Counted from the stretch's first letter, positions 1 to 14,561 are shown. The stretch is DNA of 64,000 nt from Heterodontus francisci (GCF_036365525.1 NC_090378.1:122311593-122375592); one strand, 5' to 3'. Numbers and translations are program-made. The notes: generated from the sequence alone by a model not told the origin.

Positions 1-3000
1 CACAGACTGGATTGTGAAGTGTAATGTACCTGAGTACACAGACTGGATTGTGAAGTGTGATGTACCTGAGTGCACAGCCCGGATTGTGAAGAGTGATGTA
101 CCTGAGTACACAGACTGGATTGTGAAGTGTGATGTACCTGAGTACACAGACCGGATTGTGAAGTGTGATGTACCTGAGTACACAGAACGGATTGTGAAGT
201 GTGATGTACCTGAGAACACGGACTGGATTGTGAAGTGTGATGTACCTGAGCACACAGAATGGATTGTGAAGTGTGATGTACCTGAGTACACGTACTGGAT
301 GGCGAAGTGTGATGTACCTGAGTACAGAGACTGGATTGTGAAGTGTGATGTACCTGAGAACACGGACTGGATTGTGAAGTGTGATGTACCTGAGTGCACT
401 GACTGGACTGTGAAGTGTGATGTACCTGAGTACACAGACCGGATTGTGAAGTGTGATGTACCTGAGTACACAGAATGGATTGTGAAGTGTGATGTACCTG
501 AGTACACAGTCTGGATTGTGAAGTGTGATGTACCTGAGTACACAGACCGGATTGTGAAGTGTGATGTACATGAGTACACAGATTGGATTGTGAAGGGTGA
601 TGTATCTGAGTACACAGACTGTATTGTGAAGTGTGATGTTCCTGATTACACAGACTGGATTGTGAAGTGTGATGTACCTGTGTACACAGACTGGATTGTG
701 AAGTGTGATGTACCTGAGTACACAGACCGGATTGTGAAGTGTGATGTACCTGTGTACACAGACTGGATTGTGAAGTGTGATGTTCCTGAGTACACAGACT
801 GGATTGTGAAGTGTGATGTACCAGAGTACACAGACTGGATTGTGAAGTGTGATGTTCCTGAGTACACAGACTGGATTGTGAAGTGTGATGTACCTGAGTG
901 CACTGACTGGACTGTGAAGTGTGATGTACCTGAGTACACAGACCGGATTGTGAAGTGTGATGTACCTGAGTACACAGAATGGATTGTGAAGTGTGATGTA
1001 CCTGAGTACACAGACTGGATTGTGAAGTGTGATGTACCTGAGTACACAGACCGGATTGTGAAGTGTGATGTACATGAGTACACAGATTGGATTGTGAAGG
1101 GTGATGTATCTGAGTACACAGACTGTATTGTGAAGTGTGATGTTCCTGATTACACAGACTGGATTGTGAAGTGTGATGTACCTGTGTACACAGACTGGAT
1201 TGTGAAGTGTGATGTACCTGAGTACACAGACCGGATTGTGAAGTGTGATGTACCTGTGTACACAGACTGGATTGTGAAGTGTGATGTTCCTGAGTACACA
1301 GACTGGATTGTGAAGTGTGATGTACCAGAGTACACAGACTGGATTGTGAAGTGTGATGTTCCTGAGTACACAGACTGGATTGTGAAGTGTGATGTTCCTG
1401 AGTACACAGACTGGATTGTGAAGTGTGATGTACCTGAGTACACAGATTGGATTGTGAAGTGTGATGTACCTGAGTACACAGATTGGATTGTGAAGGGTGA
1501 TGTATCTTAGTACACAGACTGGATTGTAAAGTGTGATGTACCTGAATACACAGACTGGATTGTGAAGTGTGATGTTCAGAGTACACAGAATGGATTGTGA
1601 AGTGTGATGTACCTGAGTACACAGACTGGATTGTGAAGTGTGATGTACCTGAGTACACAGACTGGATTGTGAGGTGTGATGTACCTGAGTACACAGACCG
1701 GATTGTGAAGTGTGATGTACCTGAGTACACAGAACGGATTGTGAAGTGTGATGTACCTGAGAACACGGACTGGATTGTGAAGTGTGATGTACCTGAGCAC
1801 ACAGAATGGATTGTGAAGTGTGATGTACCTGAGTACACGTACTGGATGGCGAAGTGTGATGTACCTGAGTACAGAGACTGGATTGTGAAGTGTGATGTAC
1901 CTGAGAACACGGACTGGATTGTGAAGTGTGATGTACCTGAGTGCACTGACTGGACTGTGAAGTGTGATGTACCTGAGTACACAGACCGGATTGTGAAGAG
2001 TGATGTACCTGAGTACACAGAATGGATTGTGAAGTGTGATGTACCTGAGTACACAGTCTGGATTGTGAAGTGTGATGTACCTGAGTACACAGACCGGATT
2101 GTGAAGTGTGATGTACATGAGTACACAGATTGGATTGTGAAGGGTGATGTATCTGAGTACACAGACTGTATTGTGAAGTGTGATGTTCCTGATTACACAG
2201 ACTGGATTGTGAAGTGTGATGTACCTGTGTACACAGACTGGATTGTGAAGTGTGATGTACCTGAGTACACAGACCGGATTGTGAAGTGTGATGTACCTGT
2301 GTACACAAACTGGATTGTGAAGTGTGATGTTCCTGAGTACACAGACTGGATTGTGAAGTGTGATGTACCAGAGTACACAGACTGGATTGTGAAGTGTGAT
2401 GTTCCTGAGTACACAGACTGGATTGTGAAGTGTGATGTTCATGAGTACACAGACTGGATTGTGAAGTGTGATGTACCTGAGTACACAGATTGGATTGTGA
2501 AGTGTGATGTACCTGAGTACACAGATTGGATTGTGAAGGGTGATGTATCTTAGTACACAGACTGGATTGTAAAGTGTGATGTTACTGAGTACACAGACTG
2601 GATTGTGAAGTGTGATGTACCTGAGTACACAGACCGGATTGTGAAGTGTGATGTTACTGAGTACACAGACTGGATTGTGAAGTGTGATGTACCTGAGTAC
2701 ACAGACTGGATTGTGAAGTGTGATGTACCTGAGTACACAGACTGGATTGTGAAGTGTGATGCACCTGAGTACACAGACTGGATTGTGAAGTGTGATGTTC
2801 CTGAGTACACAGACTGGATTGTGAAGTGTGATGTACCTGAGTACACAGACTGGATTGTGAAGTGTGATGTACCTGAGGACACAGACCGGATTGTGAAGTG
2901 TGATGTATCTGAGTACACAGACTGGATTGTGAAGTGTGATGTACCTGAGTACACAGACTGGATTGTGAAGTGTGATGTACCTGAGGACACAGACCGGATT

Positions 3001-6000
3001 GTGAAGTGTGATGTATCTGAGTACACAGATTGGATTGTGAAGTGTGATGTATCTGAGCACACAGAATGGATTGTGAAGTGTGATGTACCTGAGTAAGGAG
3101 TCTGGTTTGCGAAGTGTGATGTACCTGTGTACACAGACTGGATTGTGAAGTGTGATGTATCTGAGTACACAGACTGGACTGTGAAGTGTGATGCTCCTGA
3201 GTACACAGACTGGATTGTGAAGTGTGATGTACGTGAGTACACAGACTGGATTGTGAAGTGTGATGTACCTGAGTACTCAGACAGATTTGTGAAGTGTGAT
3301 GTACCTGAGTACACAGACTGGATTGTGAAGTGTGATGTACCCGAGTATACAGACTGGATTGTGAAGGGTAATGTACCTGAGCACACAGACTGGATTGTGA
3401 AGTGTGATGTACCTGAGTGCACAGCCCGGATTGTGATGTGTGATGTACCTGAGTACACAGACTGGATTGTGAAGTGTGATGTACCTGAGTACACAGACTG
3501 GATTGTGAAGTGTGATGTACCTGAGTACACAGACTGGATTGTGAAGTGTGATGTACCGGAGTACACAGACTGGATTGTGAAGTGTGATGTTCCTGAGTAC
3601 ACAGACTAGATTGAGAAGTGTGATATACCTGAGTACATAGACTGGATTGTGAAGTGTGATGTACCTGAGTACACGGACTGGGTTGTGAAGTGTGATGTAC
3701 CTGAGTACACAGACTGGATTGTGAAGTGTGATGTACCTGAGTACACAGACTGGATTGAGAAGTGTGATGTACCTGAGTACACAGACTGGATTTTGAAGTG
3801 TGATGTTCCTGAGCACACAGACTGGATTGTGAAGTGTGATGTACCTGAGTACACAGACTGGATTGTGAAGTGTGATGTACCTGAGTACACAGACTGGATT
3901 GTGAAGTGTGATGTTCCTGAGTACACCGACTGGATTGAGAAGTGTAATATACCTGATTACACAGACTGGATTGTGAAGTGTGATGTATCTGAGTACACAG
4001 ACTGGATTGTGAAGTGTGATGTACCTGTGTACACAGACTGGATTGTGAAGTGTGATGTATCTGAGTACACAGACTGGACTGTGAAGTGTGATGCACCTGA
4101 GTACACAGACTGGATTGTGAAGTGTGATGTACCTGAGTATACAGACTGGATTGTGAAGTGTGATGTCCCTGAGTACACAGACTGGATTGTGAAGTGTAAT
4201 GTACCTGAGTACACAGACTGGATTGTGAAGTGTAATGTACCTGAGTACACAGACTGGATTGTGAAGTGTGATGTACCCGAGTACACAGACTGGATTGTGA
4301 AGTGTGATGTTCCTGAGTACACAGACTGGATTGTGAAGTGTGATGTACCTGAGTACACAGATTGGATTGTGAAGTGTGATGTACCTGAGTACACAGATTG
4401 GATTGTGAAGGGTGATGTATCTTAGTACACAGACTGGATTGTAAAGTGTGATGTACCTGAATACACAGACTGGATTGTGAAGTGTGATGTTCAGAGTACA
4501 CAGAATGGATTGTGAAGTGTGATGTACCTGAGTACACAGACTGGATTGTGAAGTGTGATGTACCTGAGTACACAGACTGGATTGTGAGGTGTGATGTACC
4601 TGAGTACACAGACCGGATTGTGAAGTGTGATGTACCTGAGTACACAGAACGGATTGTGAAGTGTGATGTACCTGAGAACACGGACTGGATTGTGAAGTGT
4701 GATGTACCTGAGCACACAGAATGGATTGTGAAGTGTGATGTACCTGAGTACACGTACTGGATGGCGAAGTGTGATGTACCTGAGTACAGAGACTGGATTG
4801 TGAAGTGTGATGTACCTGAGAACACGGACTGGATTGTGAAGTGTGATGTACCTGAGTGCACTGACTGGACTGTGAAGTGTGATGTACCTGAGTACACAGA
4901 CCGGATTGTGAAGAGTGATGTACCTGAGTACACAGAATGGATTGTGAAGTGTGATGTACCTGAGTACACAGACTGGATTGTGAAGTGTGATGTACCCGAG
5001 TACACAGACTGGATTGTGAAGTGTAATGTACCTGAGTACACAGACTGGATTGTGAAGTGTGATGTACCTGAGTGCACAGCCCGGATTGTGAAGAGTGATG
5101 TACCTGAGTACACAGACTGGATTGTGAAGTGTGATGTACCTGAGTACACAGACCGGATTGTGAAGTGTGATGTACCTGAGTGCACAGAACGGATTGTGAA
5201 GTGTGATGTACCTGAGAACACGGACTGGATTGTGAAGTGTGATGTACCTGAGTACACGTACTGGATGGCGAAGTGTGATGTACCTGAGTACAGAGACTGG
5301 ATTGTGAAGTGTGATGTACCTGAGAACACGGACTGGATTGTGAAGTGTGATGTACCTGAGTGCACTGACTGGACTGTGAAGTGTGATGTACCTGAGTACA
5401 CAGACCGGATTGTGAAGTGTGATGTACCTGAGTACACAGAATGGATTGTGAAGTGTGATGTATCTGATTGCACAGACTGGATTGTGAAGTGTGATATACC
5501 TGAGTACATAGACTGGATTGTGAAGTGTGATGTACCTGAGTACACGGACTGGATTGTGAAGTGTGATGTACCTGAGTACACAGAGTGGATTGTGAAGTGT
5601 GATGTACCTGAGAACACGGACTGGGTTGTGAAGTGTGATGTACCTGAGTACACAGACTGGATTGTGAAGTGTGATGTACCTGAGTACACAGACTGGATTG
5701 AGAAGTGTGATGTACCTGAGTACACAGACTGGATTTTGAAGTGTGATGTTCCTGAGCACACAGACTGGATTGTGAAGTGTGATGTACCTGAGTACACAGA
5801 CTGGATTGTGAAGTGTGATGTACCTGAGTACACAGACTGGATTGTGAAGTGTGATGTTCCTGAGTACACCGACTGGATTGAGAAGTGTAATATACCTGAT
5901 TACACAGACTGGATTGTGAAGTGTGATGTATCTGAGTACACAGACTGGATTGTGAAGTGTGATGTACCTGTGTACACAGACTGGATTGTGAAGTGTGATG

Positions 6001-9000
6001 TATCTGAGTACACAGACTGGACTGTGAAGTGTGATGCACCTGAGTACACAGACTGGATTGTGAAGTGTGATGTACCTGAGTATACAGACTGGATTGTGAA
6101 GTGTGATGTCCCTGAGTACACAGACTGGATTGTGAAGTGTAATGTACCTGAGTACACAGACTGGATTGTGAAGTGTAATGTACCTGAGTACACAGACTGG
6201 ATTGTGAAGTGTGATGTACCCGAGTACACAGACTGGATTGTGAAGTGTAATGTACCTGAGTACACAGACTGGATTGTGAAGTGTGATGTACCTGAGTGCA
6301 CAGCCCGGATTGTGAAGAGTGATGTACCTGAGTACACAGACTGGATTGTGAAGTGTGATGTACCTGAGTACACAGACCGGATTGTGAAGTGTGATGTACC
6401 TGAGTACACAGAACGGATTGTGAAGTGTGATGTACCTGAGAACACGGACTGGATTGTGAAGTGTGATGTACCTGAGCACACAGAATGGATTGTGAAGTGT
6501 GATGTACCTGAGTACACGTACTGGATGGCGAAGTGTGATGTACCTGAGTACAGAGACTGGATTGTGAAGTGTGATGTACCTGAGAACACGGACTGGATTG
6601 TGAAGTGTGATGTACCTGAGTGCACTGACTGGACTGTGAAGTGTGATGTACCTGAGTACACAGACCGGATTGTGAAGTGTGATGTACCTGAGTACACAGA
6701 ATGGATTGTGAAGTGTGATGTACCTGAGTACACAGTCTGGATTGTGAAGTGTGATGTACCTGAGTACACAGACCGGATTGTGAAGTGTGATGTACATGAG
6801 TACACAGATTGGATTGTGAAGGGTGATGTATCTGAGTACACAGACTGTATTGTGAAGTGTGATGTTCCTGATTACACAGACTGGATTGTGAAGTGTGATG
6901 TACCTGTGTACACAGACTGGATTGTGAAGTGTGATGTACCTGAGTACACAGACCGGATTGTGAAGTGTGATGTACCTGTGTACACAGACTGGATTGTGAA
7001 GTGTGATGTTCCTGAGTACACAGACTGGATTGTGAAGTGTGATGTACCAGAGTACACAGACTGGATTGTGAAGTGTGATGTTCCTGAGTACACAGACTGG
7101 ATTGTGAAGTGTGATGTACCTGAGTGCACTGACTGGACTGTGAAGTGTGATGTACCTGAGTACACAGACCGGATTGTGAAGTGTGATGTACCTGAGTACA
7201 CAGAATGGATTGTGAAGTGTGATGTACCTGAGTACACAGACTGGATTGTGAAGTGTGATGTACCTGAGTACACAGACCGGATTGTGAAGTGTGATGTACA
7301 TGAGTACACAGATTGGATTGTGAAGGGTGATGTATCTGAGTACACAGACTGTATTGTGAAGTGTGATGTTCCTGATTACACAGACTGGATTGTGAAGTGT
7401 GATGTACCTGTGTACACAGACTGGATTGTGAAGTGTGATGTACCTGAGTACACAGACCGGATTGTGAAGTGTGATGTACCTGTGTACACAGACTGGATTG
7501 TGAAGTGTGATGTTCCTGAGTACACAGACTGGATTGTGAAGTGTGATGTACCAGAGTACACAGACTGGATTGTGAAGTGTGATGTTCCTGAGTACACAGA
7601 CTGGATTGTGAAGTGTGATGTTCCTGAGTACACAGACTGGATTGTGAAGTGTGATGTACCTGAGTACACAGACTGGATTGTGAAGTGTGATGTACCTGAG
7701 TACACAGACTGGATTGTGAGGTGTGATGTACCTGAGTGCACAGACCGGATTGTGAAGTGTAATGTACCTGAGTACACAGACCGGATTGTGAAGTGTGATG
7801 TACCTGACTACACAGACCGGATTGTGAAGTGTGATGCACCTGAGTTCACAGACTGGATTGTGAAGTCTGTTGTACCTGAGTACAGAGACTGGATTGTGAA
7901 GTGTGATGTACCTGTGTTCACAGACTGGATTGTGAAGTGTGATGTAGTTGAGTACACAGACTGGATTGTAAAGTGTGATGTACCTGAGTACACAGTCTGG
8001 ATTGTGAAGTGTGATGTACCTGAGTACACAGAATGGATTGTGAATTGTGATGTACCTGAGTACACGGACTGGATTGTGAAGTGTGATGTACCTGAGTGCA
8101 CAGATTGCATTGTGAAGTGTGATGTTCTGAGTACACAGACTGGATTGTGAAATGTGATGTACCTGAGTACACGGACTGGATTGCGAAGTGTGATGTACCT
8201 GAGTACACAGTCTGGATTGTGAAGTGTTACATACCTGAGTACACAGATTGCATTGTGAAGTGTGATGTACCTGAGTACACAGAATGGATTGTGAATTGTG
8301 ATGTACCTGAGTACACAGAGTGGATTGTGAAGTGTGATGTACCTGAGTACACAGACTGGATTGTGAAGTGTGATGTACCTGAGTACACAGACTGGTTTGT
8401 GAAGTGTGATGTACCTGAGTACACAGACTGGATTGTAAAGTGTGATGTACCTGAGTACACAGTCTGGATTGTGAAGTGTGATGTACCTGAGTACACAGAA
8501 TGGATTGTGAATTGTGATGTACCTGAGTACACGGACTGGATTGTGAAGTGTGATGTACCTCAGTACACAGACTGGATTGTGAAGTGTGATGTACCTGAGT
8601 ACACAGACTGGTTTGTGAAGTGTGATGTACCTGAGTACACAGACTGGATTGTAAAGTGTGATGTACCTGAGTACACAGTCTGGATTGTGAAGTGTGATGT
8701 ACCTGAGTACACAGAATGGATTGTGAATTGTGATGTACCTGAGTACACGGACTGGATTGTGAAGTGTGATGTACCTGAGTACACAGAATGGATTGTGAAT
8801 TGTGATGTACCTGAGTACACAGAGTGGATTGTGAAGTGTGATGTACCTGAGTGCACAGACAGGATTATGAAGTGTGATGTACCTGAGTACACAGACTGGA
8901 TTGTGAAATGTGATGTACCTGAGTACACGGACTGGATTGCGAAGTGTGATGTACCTGAGTACACAGTCTGGATTGTGAAGTGTTATATACCTGAGTACAC

Positions 9001-12000
9001 AGATTGCATTGTGAAGTGTGATGTACCTGAGTACACAGAATGGATTGTGAATTGTGATGTACCTGAGTACACAGAGTGGATTGTGAAGTGTGATGTACCT
9101 GAGTACACAGACTGGATTGTGAAGTGTGATGTTCCTGAGTACACAGACTGGTTTGTGAAGTGTGATGTACCTGAGTACAGAGACTGGATTGTGAAGTGTG
9201 ATGTACCTGAGTTCACGGACTGGATTGTGAAGTGTGATATACCTGAGTATACAGATTGGATTGTGAACGGTGATGTCTCTGAGTACACAGTCCGTATTGT
9301 GAAGTGTGATATACCTGAGTACACAGACTGGATTGTGAAGTGTGATGTACCTGAGTACACAGATTGGATTGTGAACGGTGATGTCTCTGAGTACACAGTC
9401 CGTATTGTGAAGTGTGATATACCTGAGTACACAGTCTGGATTGTGAAGTGTGATATACCTGAGTACACAGACTGGATTGTGAAGTGTGATGTACCTGAGT
9501 GCACAGATTGCATTGTGAAGTGTGATGTACCTGAGTACACAGAATGGATTGTGAATTGTGATGTACCTGAGTACACAGAGTGGATTGTGAAGTGTGATGT
9601 ACCTGAGTGCACAGATAGGATTGTGAAGTGTGATGTACCTGAGTACACAGACTGGATTGTGAAATGTGATGTACCTGAGTACACGGACTGGATTGCGAAG
9701 TGTGATGTACCTGAGTACACTGTCTGGATTGTGAAGTGTTATATACCTGAGTACACAGATTGCATTGTGAAGTGTGATGTACCTGAGTACACAGACTGGA
9801 TTGTGAAGTGTGATGTATCTGATTGCACAGACTGGATTGTGAAGTGTGATGTATCTGAATACACTGACTGAATTGTGCAGTGTGATGCATCTGATTGCAC
9901 AGACTGGATTGTGAAGTGTGATGTATCAGAGTACACAGACTGGATTGTGAAGTGTGATGTATCTGAGTACACAGACTGGATTGTGAAGTGCGATGTACCT
10001 GAGTACACAGAGTGGAATGTGTCGTGTGATGTACCTGAGTACACAGACCGGATTGTGAAGTGTGATGTACCTGAGTACACAGACCGGATTGTGATGTGTG
10101 ATGTACCTGAGGACACAGACCGGATTGTGAAGTGTGATGTTTCTGAGTACACAGACTGGATTATGAAGTGTGATGTACCTGAGTACACAGACCGGATTGT
10201 GAAGTGTGATGTATCTGAGTACACAGACTGGATTGTGAATTGTGATGTATCTGAGTACACAGACTGGGTTGTGAAGTGTGATGTACCTGAGTACACAGAA
10301 TGGATTGTGAATTGTGATGTACCTGAGTACACGGACTGGATTGTGAAGTGTGATGTACCTCAGTACACAGACTGGATTGTGAAGTGTGATGTACCTGAGT
10401 ACACAGACTGGTTTGTGAAGTGTGATGTACCTGAGTACACAGACTGGATTGTAAAGTGTGATGTACCTGAGTACACAGTCTGGATTGTGAAGTGTGATGT
10501 ACCTGAGTACACAGAATGGATTGTGAATTGTGATGTACCTGAGTACACGGACTGGATTGTGAAGTGTGATGTACCTGAGTACACAGAATGGATTGTGAAT
10601 TGTGATGTACCTGAGTACACAGAGTGGATTGTGAAGTGTGATGTACCTGAGTGCACAGACAGGATTATGAAGTGTGATGTACCTGAGTACACAGACTGGA
10701 TTGTGAAATGTGATGTACCTGAGTACACGGACTGGATTGCGAAGTGTGACGTACCTGAGTACACAGTCTGGATTGTGAAGTGTTATATACCTGAGTACAC
10801 AGATTGCATTGTGAAGTGTGATGTACCTGAGTACACAGAATGGATTGTGAATTGTGATGTACCTGAGTACACAGAGTGGATTGTGAAGTGTGATGTACCT
10901 GAGTACACAGACTGGATTGTGAAGTGTGATGTTCCTGAGTACACAGACTGGTTTGTGAAGTGTGATGTACCTGAGTACAGAGACTGGATTGTGAAGTGTG
11001 ATGTACCTGAGTTCACGGACTGGATTGTGAAGTGTGATATACCTGAGTATACAGATTGGATTGTGAACGGTGATGTCTCTGAGTACACAGTCCGTATTGT
11101 GAAGTGTGATATACCTGAGTACACAGACTGGATTGTGAAGTGTGATGTACCTGAGTACACAGATTGGATTGTGAACGGTGATGTCTCTGAGTACACAGTC
11201 CGTATTGTGAAGTGTGATATACCTGAGTACACAGTCTGGATTGTGAAGTGTGATATACCTGAGTACACAGACTGGATTGTGAAGTGTGATGTACCTGAGT
11301 GCACAGATTGCATTGTGAAGTGTGATGTACCTGAGTACACAGAATGGATTGTGAATTGTGATGTACCTGAGTACACAGAGTGGATTGTGAAGTGTGATGT
11401 ACCTGAGTGCACAGATAGGATTGTGAAGTGTGATGTACCTGAGTACACAGACTGGATTGTGAAATGTGATGTACCTGAGTACACGGACTGGATTGTGAAG
11501 TGTGATGTACCTGAGTACACTGTCTGGATTGTGAAGTGTTATATACCTGAGTACACAGATTGCATTGTGAAGTGTGATGTACCTGAGTACACAGACTGGA
11601 TTGTGAAGTGTGATGTATCTGATTGCACAGACTGGATTGTGAAGTGTGATGTATCTGAATACACTGACTGAATTGTGCAGTGTGATGCATCTGATTGCAC
11701 AGACTGGATTGTGAAGTGTGATGTATCAGAGTACACAGACTGGATTGTGAAGTGTGATGTATCTGAGTACACAGACTGGATTGTGAAGTGCGATGTACCT
11801 GAGTACACAGAGTGGAATGTGTCGTGTGATGTACCTGAGTACACAGACCGGATTGTGAAGTGTGATGTACCTGAGTACACAGACCGGATTGTGATGTGTG
11901 ATGTACCTGAGGACACAGACCGGATTGTGAAGTGTGATGTTTCTGAGTACACAGACTGGATTATGAAGTGTGATGTACCTGAGTACACAGACCGGATTGT

Positions 12001-12247
12001 GAAGTGTGATGTATCTGAGTACACAGACTGGATTGTGAATTGTGATGTATCTGAGTACACAGACTGGGTTGTGAAGTGTGATGTACCTGAGTACACAGAC
12101 TGGATAGTGAAGTGTGATGCACCTGAGTACACAGACTGGATTGTGAAGTGTGTTGTATCTGAGTACACAGACTGGATTGTGAAGTGTGATGTATCTGAGT
12201 ACACAGACTGGATTGTGAAGTGTGATGTTCCTGAGTACACAGACTGG
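1..12247. repeat. 36-bp tandem satellite array, about 340 units, truncated by window start
   Basis: Consensus GTACCTGAGTACACAGACTGGATTGTGAAGTGTGAT repeated head-to-tail, with point variants and rare 35-bp units (near 1576, 4491, 8127). Ends at ...agactgg 12247. Confidence 0.98.
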
Positions 12248-13542
12248 AGAGCAGAGAGAGGGCTCTCAGTGTTCCCATTGTGACACTGGAGACATTAATA
12301 GAGGAGGTACAAAGGAGTAGAGAATCAATGTTTGCACAAGGAGCCAGGAGGCCCTCAAAGCAAAATGCTGAGAAGAGAATGGGAGCGATGACCAGGGAGG
12401 TCAATTCCTGCAGTCTGGACCTGAGGACCTGACAGTAATGTCGTGGGAAGTTCAGTGACCTCACAGGGGTGGTCAAGGTCAGTGAATGTATCTTCACAGG
12501 ACATCTCCCACCAAGCACAGCACCAACCTCTCCTGCTGCTCATTGTACCAAACCCCCATCACTCACCCAGTAACAATCCCTGGCACTCAGGACTCACTCA
12601 TGGCAGTCAGATTCTCCACCTCATCCTCACACTCCCACCAATGCCTCCTGACCACCCCGCACACACCCCACCCTCCCCCCACTCCGAGGATCCATAATGT
12701 CTTTCTTCCTAACCACCTTCACCGCTGATGCCTCCAGCATCACATCCATCATGCCAGCATTCAGTTTGAAACCATTTCAATTGCATTAATATTATTCAGT
12801 TCAGATTTCCTTTAAAAGGGACAGCCTGCCGTTAAGAAGAGCAGGCTGACTGCAAAACATGGGTCAGGAGTTTATCCAGGTGACAGGGTCCCGACTCCAG
12901 CAAAAGACCCACCAAGAGCCCCGCTTTACTCCTTCTGTGGGAGGCTCACCAAATAAAGTACCAATTAGGCGCGTAACTGGACAGCAGTGGACCTTTCCTG
13001 GGATCAAGGACCACACTGAAGTCCCGCCCTCTGAGAACTGCCGGCCAATCAGAGGAACTGAGCAACGCCACAGTGGAGGCAGTGGCTGCTGACAGTGGAG
13101 AACCAACCCGAGGCCTCGGAGCGGTGCAGGAACCAGGTCACAGGTAGGTCAGGGCAGGAGTGGTTCCGCGGGGTGGGGGTCATATGGGAGAGGTGTGTAG
13201 GGGGGTCAGCATCAAGGGAAGGGGGGTTGACTCTCAGCGGGCCCCCATTCCCGATACTGGGTTCCGTGTTCAGGCACTAAGTGTCTTTTAACAAGGGACT
13301 CTCCCCTCCCCAAACGGAGCCAGGAAGCAACTCGCACGGTTTTCCTTGTCATGCTCCCCGTGTGGTGACAGGCCCCGTCCACAGCTGGGCTAATTGTGGT
13401 GGCAGTGCAATGAGGTAATTGGGAATTAATTACCCTCTAAAGGGCCTTAATTGGCGGTGGTCCCTCCCCCGTCACCATCCCACCCCATTATCGGCTCTCC
13501 CACCTCCAAACCCGTCATGGGGGAGGGAATAAAAGTCCCCCC
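12248..13542. mobile_element. Decayed Harbinger-like DNA transposon remnant
   Basis: Contains the Myb remnant and GC-rich subterminal sequence. Ends in TAAAAGTCCCCCC (13530-13542), which resembles the AAAATxxxCCC termini of the MITEs at 25.7, 28.8 and 29.3 kb. Boundaries are approximate. Confidence 0.45.
12253..12477 (+). pseudogene. Degenerate Myb/SANT-like DNA-binding domain exon of a Harbinger (PIF/Harbinger) transposon
   Basis: Manual translation: RERALSVPIVTLETLIEEVQRSRESMFAQGARRPSKQ...(MLRREWE in a shifted frame)...TREVNSCSLDLRT*Q*CRGKFSDLTGVVK, followed by a GTCAGT donor. This matches my recollection of the Harbinger Myb pattern (R.P.FS...LE.L.EEV..R...LF...W...A..V....RT..QC.KKF.DL). 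Two stops and compensating frameshifts. Confidence 0.65.
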
Positions 13543-13850
13543 ATGGTTTGTGAACAACACGACTGAGACCGCCTGAGGAACACAGAGACTGTCATCAGTG
13601 TCTGTAAACAATTTCTAATCATCTTGTTCACATCTTGTTTACTCAATTCTGCTTTTTGGTAAAATATAAAATCTACATCTCAACATTGTCCAACTTTAGC
13701 ACAGCCTGTCTGTATATATTACTCAGCAGGATATATCTTCACTGAGAAGGAGACCTTTTTAACTATAATAATGACACATCTCTGATAATCATCTTCATAA
13801 TTCTTTTATTGTATCTTTCATCCATTCAGTGTTTATTTGCAGAAAGCTCT

Positions 13851-14561
13851 GGAGGGAGGGATGGAGATCAGATAGAGGGAGGGATGGAGATCAGATAGAG
13901 GGAGTGATGGAGCTCAGATAGAGGGAGGGATGGAGATCAGATAGAGGGAGGGATGGAGCTCAGATAGAGGGAGGGATGGAGCTCAGATAGAGGGAGGGAT
14001 GGAGCTCAGATAGAGGGAGGGATGGAGATCAGATAGAGGGAGGGATGGAGATCAGATAGAGGGAGGGATGGAGCTCAGACAGAGGGAGGGATGGAGATCA
14101 GATAGAGGGAGGGATGGAGCTCAGATAGAGGGAAGGATGGAGATCAGATAGAGGGAGGGATGGAGCTCAGATAGAGGGAGGGATGGAGATCAGATAGAGG
14201 GAGGGATGGATCTCAGAAAGAGGGAGGGATGGAGCTCAGATAGAGGGAGGGATGGAGATCAGATAGAGGGAGGGATGGAGCTCAGATAGAGGGAGGGATG
14301 GAGGTCAGATAGAGGGAGGGATGGAGATCAGATAGAGGGAGGGATGGAGATCAGATAGAGAGAGGGATGGAGGTCAGATAGAGGGAGGGATGGAGGTCAG
14401 ATAGAGGGAGGGATGGAGGTCAGATAGAGGGAGGGATGGAGGTCAGATAGAGGGAGGGATGGAGGTCAGATAGAGGGAGGCATGGAGGTCAGATAGAGGG
14501 AGGGATGGAGATCAGATAGAGAGAGGGATGGAGGTCAGATAGAGGGAGGGATGGAGGTCAG
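13851..14561. repeat. 23-bp purine-rich minisatellite, about 31 units
   Basis: Unit GAGGGAGGGATGGAG(A/C/G)TCAGATA repeated in tandem. Confidence 0.95.

Noticed and set aside
1-12247. Cryptic RSS in the 36-mer (CACAGAC on +, CACAATC on -)
   Set aside because: Only 5/7 heptamer matches and at best 4/9 nonamer matches at 12 or 23 bp spacing.
14-12283. Long ORFs of (KCDVPEYTDWIV)n up to 1212 aa, and antisense ORFs up to 1520 aa
   Set aside because: The unit is 36 bp and stop-free in several frames on both strands. Stops and 1-bp deletions are duplicated freely, starts are non-ATG and there are no unique domains. Satellite artefact.
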